Source: Trichinella spiralis
Lineage: Eukaryota
Reading direction: 5' to 3'
Assembly: GCF_000181795.1 (NCBI RefSeq)
Contig: NW_003526943.1
Location: 4,903,081-4,967,080 of the forward strand
Length of the DNA stretch: 64,000 bases
A program made the translations under genes and the position numbers. The notes under the pieces were generated by a model. It did not search any database and was not told the origin of the DNA. It worked only from the letters and a program-made list of their open reading frames with translations. How positions within the stretch are numbered: position 1 is the first letter of the stretch; each line of letters starts with the position of its first letter. This document shows, piece by piece, positions 57,801 through 64,000 of this stretch.

Positions 57801-58542
57801 TAAACTCGAAGTATTATCAACCTCTTCATCTTTGAAGCCAGTTTCATTTCCTAATGTACGTAATAAATATTTCTTGATAATGAAGTATACACGTATGTAC
57901 TTTAATTTTAGTTCTACGTCGACAACTATGATTTAACAACACTGAGGTCACAACTGGAAAAAATAATACTTCATAGCAATTCCCAGAATTCACATTCTGA
58001 GGAAGAAATTAAAAAGATTGTTAAAGAAGCAATGCATCATAGCACACTTGTAAAATATTTTGATTTATACTGTTATCCAAAGTGTTTTATAATTAACATT
58101 GCAGTTAAAGCAAGGTTTTACACCTGACGCCAGCAACACAGATAATTCATGGCTTGAAACTGTGATAGTGCAAATCAGTGACCAGTCAAGAAAGCATGTT
58201 GGATTGCTCGATTTGAAGCCAACAGAAAGTGTGGACAAAGTTGGATGGAAGCTATTAGATAAAACTGAACAGAAAAATTTGCTGAACACGATAAGCGAAG
58301 CGATTGGAAAAGACAACTTAAACGAAATTGCTGCTGAAGTCGAAAGGAAACGTTCCAAAAAGATTTCAAAGGCCTTGCTAGTTGCTGGTTTAATTGGCAG
58401 ATTTTTCAGTGGACTAAGCTTTGTGGTCGCCGTGGTGGCGTTCATTTGCACCGGTTCGCTTCTTCCTGTCCTTGGTGCTGTAGGTTTATTGGTAGCATTT
58501 TCTGTGCTTTCAGTGATTGCTATGCGACACATAAAATACTGA
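54835..58542 (+). CDS. Secreted/membrane protein (~513 aa): signal peptide, cystatin-like domain, NUDT9-homology (ADP-ribose pyrophosphatase-like) domain with degenerate Nudix box, C-terminal hydrophobic hairpin; exons 54835-54900, 55925-56272, 56710-56832, 57074-57136, 57189-57313, 57366-57539, 57789-57855, 57912-58049, 58105-58542
   Basis: Nine GT-AG exons total 1542 nt with no internal stop. NUDT9 motifs: NGKDGSIDRR...DGRPQNPGGLTGLQGRGVHPRWGSN...ITR and KQGFTPDASNTDNSWLET...KVGW. N-terminal MAFKSIAWILSAFLVSASLC looks like a signal peptide. Confidence 0.85.
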
Positions 58543-58599
58543 AATAATAAAATGTAAACCATGACACTGCTTTCCGTAATAATTTTTTAACGCAAAATT

Positions 58600-59930
58600 G
58601 TCCTATCAAGATGATGAAAGTTCCCCCAAAATCAATCACTTAGATGCCAGCAATTAAAATGAAGTAACAGGTGCAACGCACCTGGAAGATAGCACTAAGT
58701 AGCTTAGCAAATTTATAATCACTTTGAGTTAAAACTTTTTTTCTCATGCCATGATCTAGATGATGACATCTAGAATGCTACGTTGAAGCGTTTTGTTGAA
58801 CGTTTACAGAAATGAACTTTGCTTTAAAAATAAAAAGCATTCTGCTACCATTGATACACTGAGTTTACTACTGATTTTAATGAGAGAATTCAAAATAGAA
58901 GATTGAAATGGAAATTTTTTCTATTAAAAATGTCACTGTACACGATGATAGATGGACTAAAAATGCTCAAGTGCTATCACATGTGCTTCAATGCAAAATG
59001 TGTAACTGACCAGAATTGAAACTGGAACAACAATATAAAACTTTATGACAAAAATACAGAATTAATAGTGTGTGTAAATTGTTTTATATATGGAAATCAA
59101 GTGACAATTACAACAGTCCTGAGATATTCTGCAACAAGTACATCCAGTAAATATATGCGTGAAATGATCTGCAAGAAGCTATGTATGATGGCCCAGAATG
59201 TATAATGACATGGAACAAATTTTACACATGTACATTATGTTTAGAATCAAGAATTGCACAAACACAAGCACCGGTACATCCGTGGAAGGAAGTTACATAA
59301 CTATGGTTTTATATGCATATAGATTTATTTGGCCCATTACAAAAAGGATATGTTTGTTGGTTTTAGAATAATACTCGAACTAGTTGGAAATCCAACCAAG
59401 CAAGCAATGCAATCTATGTTAGTAGTTATATAACCAAACGACAACTATTTACAACTCATGGACTGCCTGAAATGATAGTGCTAAATGACGCAACAGCATA
59501 TACATCAAACAAATTTCAGAATTTCACTGCGAATTATATTGCACTTGAAATTTATTCAATCAGAAAATTCGAACGCATGGTTTGCAGACGATGAAATCAG
59601 TACTAAAAAGCATGGCCAGAAAAAAACGTGTAGAGATTATTAACTCATTATAAAACTATTAACTCAACATATGAAACCAAATGGCGCAACCGGCTATAGC
59701 ACAGTGGAATTTCTGATGTATCATAGACCAGAAGGTTACTGGAAAATCTATATCTATACGTATCACAAGAACATGAAGCAAACTAAATATTCTTCAGAGA
59801 AACCGACAGCATGTGAAGAAAACAAATGCAAGCAACCTATAAAAAAGTACACGAATATTGGAAAATAGTTATCAACAACAGCTTAGGAACAACCTGGACC
59901 ATTAGCTTATAATATGCACTGTATTGATAA
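58600..59930 (+). mobile_element. Heavily decayed Ty3/gypsy LTR-retrotransposon pol fragment (integrase zinc finger + core); boundaries approximate
   Basis: Broken frames read ARSYV*WPRMYND..CTLC...QAPVHPWKEVT*LWFYMHIDLFGPL, THGLPEMIVLNDATAYTSNKFQNF and PNGATGYSTVEFLM. These are gypsy integrase motifs with stops and frameshifts. Confidence 0.85.
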
Positions 59931-62375
59931 GAAAGTACTGAATAGTTTAACAAATGCATAGTAATGAGAGTTTCGAAGAATGTACGCGAAACAGAGGTCA
60001 TGAACTGAATAGAATACTTTAATTTTGTTGTTTTACTGGAATTACTGAAATTATGAAAACAGTTGATTAAACTGCTTTACCATAACTGATTATGATAATG
60101 CTTCATCAAAGTTATCTGATCTGTATTAAAGTGACTGATTGTAACCAACGTAAAAGAGCTTTATCGTAGTATTAACAAAAGTAAGAAGCATAAACAAAGA
60201 GGAACTAAAAGTCATCAGCAACAAATAGGACGCTTTATGATTTATATTTATGAACAACTGTAAATATTGTATTTATTTTTTAAAAAATTGTCATTGCTCA
60301 TTGCAAACAGTGAAATGCTGCTGAATTTCTGAACAATGTGTGAAAATTTTGAAAGATGAAAATCCTTGCTAAACTGAAATGGCCTGCTTTTTTTTGTTTT
60401 CATAGACAGTTGTTCGACGCCTTTTGATATACCACGTGAGAGATAGGTGAACTAAGCTAACGAAAGATGCAATTTCATCTCTGTCAAAGTGCAAGCGTTG
60501 GATTTCAGCTCGTTCATGCTGATGCTTTAATCCGACTTGACGTGCTTAAAGTGAGACTGTCATCTTAAAGATATTTAGGAGCACGTGTTTCTCAGTAATT
60601 TTGAGAACTTAATAACTTTCTTATAAACAAACTCAACAGCATCACAACGTCAGGAATTTCGATAGATATTCCAAGTTGAAAATGTGAAGAGATTTGAATG
60701 TCTGATACAACTGCTTAATATTTCATTACTCTACATTATCTGTTGAAATGTTTGAAGTATTTTGATGAATTAAACTAAAAAAATGGAAAATATAAATATA
60801 AATTTGTCGTAAAAATAAAAATAAAATATTATCTTTATATCTTATATATGTTGACCCTTTAAATATATTGGAAATATTTTGAACGATGCTAATGGTAAAA
60901 CGATCTGAATCAATTTTTAAGCAAAACATGTTTAGCTTTCATTCATTCAATGCATTTTGTTATTCACAAATTACATTTATTCGGCAGTTTTATTTAGTTT
61001 TTATTGATGAATCATTTTTAAAGGTTTCATTGGCAAATTAATTGAATAAAATTTGGAATCAATATTTACAATTTCATAATATCAAATTGCTTTCTTTAAA
61101 CTTCACTCATCTTTTGCAATAAAGTGAATGTAATTGCAATTTATAAGTGCATATTAACATGGATAATCTATTCAGTGCTTTCAATGTTACAGATTATTTG
61201 GAGATTATTTTTAAAAAAAATCATTTTTACAAATTCATAAAATAATTTTTGTATCATGGATTAATTTTATTACTTTCTTTCATTTTGATTGTTGTTGAAA
61301 TGGTAGAATCTTAAAAGTGAAATTGCAAATTCGGTTGATAGAATAGAAAAATGCCAACCCAACAAGAACAACCACGCCGGACGAGCTTCTATCGACAATA
61401 GCTGACACGGCCGGACACCTTGTTCCGGAATTGAAGCACTTCAACGCCCACGCTGATTAACTGAAAATATAAAACTGACAACTGGCAAGCTAAAGCTTGC
61501 TTATTAGTTGAACAGCAACGAAGCCAATCACAACCACTGGACGCTGATCATCAACAACAATTCGAACAAACAAATTATAATTATCATTGTTAAGAATTGA
61601 AAAAGAAGCAGTATTTTATTTAATACATAAAAATACTTTATAACAAAACTAAGTTCGTTTTGTCGTCGGGAACGACAGTTTGTCAGAATATATATATATA
61701 CATATGTAAATTGGTACAATGGAAAAGAATGGGCAATGATGAAGACCAGAATTTTGGATGAATTAACTGAAATTGGTACTGTGATCAAAAAATTGTAAAT
61801 ACTATTATTGGACAGTGTCGAACAAGATGGTCAATTTTAATTGCCATTGGATAAATTTGATTGAAAAATTTCCATTTCAATTTCAGCGCTGAATTAATTC
61901 CCCAATTGCAACGAAAATAAGTAGCAATTTCGTTGAAAAACGATTTTTCCTCGCCAACTCAGCAAAGCAAAGATGTAAGCAGAAGTTTTTAAAACCACCA
62001 GCCATCAAACAAATGTTGTTGTTGTTGTGGCCACAAGTGCATTTTTTCAATGCCAACAAACACGAAGCACCTGCGTTATCAAAGTTGACATGCTTGACAA
62101 TGGTAGAAATATTTCCCTTTTTCAATACTTCAGTGGTTTTTGATGATTGATTTATCCAGAGTGAACAGCAGCGTTGGTTGCTTTAAAACGAATGGTCATT
62201 TCGAGAAAGCAAACACAGAACGAGTTTAATATTTTATGACAATAATAATCAGCGCTATTTGACAACTGCAATGCAATATCTGCTTGGTATCATGTTTGAT
62301 ATTGCTCCGATATTGACAGTGTTCATGTTTCAAAACATTATTATTCAATTATTTGTTTATTTCAATACTGAACGA

Positions 62376-62404
62376 TGATTTGATTTGATTTGATTTGATT
62401 TGAT
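62376..62404. repeat. (TGATT)n pentanucleotide microsatellite
   Basis: Directly visible. Confidence 0.8.
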
Positions 62405-62856
62405 GACAAATTTCAGTTTTCTATTTAAAATGCAATTAAATTCATCGTGTATTTTTCACCGTGCGATAGATGAATAATTTAAATTCAAAGCAGAAATTAT
62501 TAATGAACATCATTTTCAGAATCAAAACAAGGTAGTCAAAGGTAGTGAATTTTTCAGATGTAAATAAGTAATAAATTAATTATTCAAATGGCCAGATTAA
62601 AGCGCGAGTTGATGGACGTGCCGTGCCAGTTTGCAAATGCGTAAATTTGAAAAACACGCGCAGGGTAATTTATTGGGAATTAATTGTCACGAGGAGACGA
62701 ACCCAAACTGAATGATGTTGGTCCGCATGAAGTAGAAACCCCAATTTCAACAGAGTGGAATTTTATTCAACTGCAAAAGTTGAAAAACAAATCAACAGAG
62801 AGATAGATAATTAGTAAAAAATGAACAAATATCAGCTAATATGTAAAGTAAACAGA

Positions 62857-64000
62857 TTATGCAAATGAGAATAGAAGTTGAGGTATAAGGACCAAGGAGA
62901 ACCAGAGCAGCGGTGGGAAAATTGTGGATCGAGCAGAGTCGCCGGTCGACTGAAGAAGCTGGTCAAAGTGGTCGTTGCGCTGGTTCGACAACGAATGCTT
63001 GCAACGGTTCGTCGACGACTTGCAGGCGTTGTTGGCGTTGTTTATGGAGTCAATCGCCCGGTGCAGACGTTGATACTGGGAACACGGCACGGTGTTGTTG
63101 GCAAAGCAGAGGCGTTTGGCGTTTTCGACCGCTGGCACACCTTCGACGTGGTCGATCACATTGTCCACAATGTCCACTTGGCCAGTTCGAATGGCAGACA
63201 AAGTGGCAAAATTGAAACTGAGAAAATGGTTCTGATTCAAAATCAGCTGACCGATTCGAGCACCGTCGACGGTCAGTGGTCGCCAGTGGCCGAGTTGGGA
63301 ATTTTCGACGACCAGACGTGCGACGTCGGTCTGCGCCAGCCAGTGGGCTTCGATTCCTGCCGTTTCGACGACGGTCACATTTTCCAAGCGCATTTGAAGC
63401 AATGGATTTTTAGTCCCAAATCCAACCGGCGACTCCTTCGACATTTCCAACAAACAGTCGACAATGGTCAAACTGACCAATTTGTCCATCGCGCTGAACA
63501 CTTGGCCGTCGATGAGCAGAGTGCTGTTGTGCAAAATCACCGACTGAGCATGGCCAGCCAGATTGTCGACCAAACGCAGCGATTCGCAATTGCCCACACG
63601 AACCACGGACGTGTTGAACGTCAGAATCGGCGGACGGTCGCCAGCCGAAAAGGGCGTGGCCGTGCACGTGCATTCGGTCAACAATGGTTCGACCGATGAG
63701 CAACGCAGTGGTCCAACTTGCCAGTGGATCGAGTTTCCAGTGTCGGTGTGGTCGGCGCAGTGCCGCTTGCTGAAGTTGGCAAAACTGACCACCGGTCGAC
63801 GTGATGGTTGATCAGCAGCACAGCCGTTCGAGTGGACCGTCCAGTGGGACGATGTAGATGCGGTGGCTTCGAGACGGATCATCTCGTCGAGCCAACTCGT
63901 CGAACACTGGCAACGAAACTGATTGCCAGTCAATTGTAGCTGGCCGAAGGAGAAATTAGCAAAGTGGATTTGGTTGGAAAAGCGATTTTCGCTCACGTTG
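62857..64000 (-). CDS. 3' part of an extracellular leucine-rich-repeat protein, probably GPI-anchored (runs off the window)
   Basis: LRR/LRRCT-like LQLTGNQFRCQCSTSWL, further LxLxxN repeats (QLILNQNHF, VDIVDNVI, LCFANNTVPC), and a small-residue omega region plus terminal hydrophobic stretch (STGDSARSTIFPPLLWFSLVLIPQLLFSFA*). Confidence 0.75.
   Translation of the reverse strand, partial: NVSENRFSNQIHFANFSFGQLQLTGNQFRCQCSTSWLDEMIRLEATASTSSHWTVHSNGCAADQPSRRPVVSFANFSKRHCADHTDTGNSIHWQVGPLRCSSVEPLLTECTCTATPFSAGDRPPILTFNTSVVRVGNCESLRLVDNLAGHAQSVILHNSTLLIDGQVFSAMDKLVSLTIVDCLLEMSKESPVGFGTKNPLLQMRLENVTVVETAGIEAHWLAQTDVARLVVENSQLGHWRPLTVDGARIGQLILNQNHFLSFNFATLSAIRTGQVDIVDNVIDHVEGVPAVENAKRLCFANNTVPCSQYQRLHRAIDSINNANNACKSSTNRCKHSLSNQRNDHFDQLLQSTGDSARSTIFPPLLWFSLVLIPQLLFSFA

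Noticed and set aside
58065..58562. 165-aa minus-strand ORF
   Set aside because: Antisense to the last exon of the NUDT9-like gene.
62878..63699. 273-aa plus-strand ORF
   Set aside because: Antisense shadow of the LRR exon.

Overview
AT-rich, intron-containing eukaryotic DNA, not prokaryotic. Gene content, short introns and TTTCAG-type acceptors point to a nematode, probably clade I (Trichinella-like; inference). It is a draft scaffold with 5 N-gaps. Reconstructed spliced genes, in order: cytochrome c oxidase subunit 5A, an endophilin-type BAR-only protein, tRNA-Leu(TAG), a probable kinetochore Spc24, Nemo-like kinase (lit-1/NLK), the DPY-19 C-mannosyltransferase, an UNC-71-type ADAM lacking the catalytic Glu, a small RING protein, a second near-identical cox-5A/BAR block, a ~1.92-kb tandem repeat array carrying a Tigger/pogo transposase relic, a 9-exon gene, a decayed Ty3/gypsy integrase, and the 3' end of an LRR/GPI-anchored protein. 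The 9-exon gene is the most striking item: signal peptide + cystatin-like domain + NUDT9-homology domain with a destroyed Nudix box + C-terminal hydrophobic hairpin. All family calls come from manual splicing, translation and motif recognition; no database searches were run.
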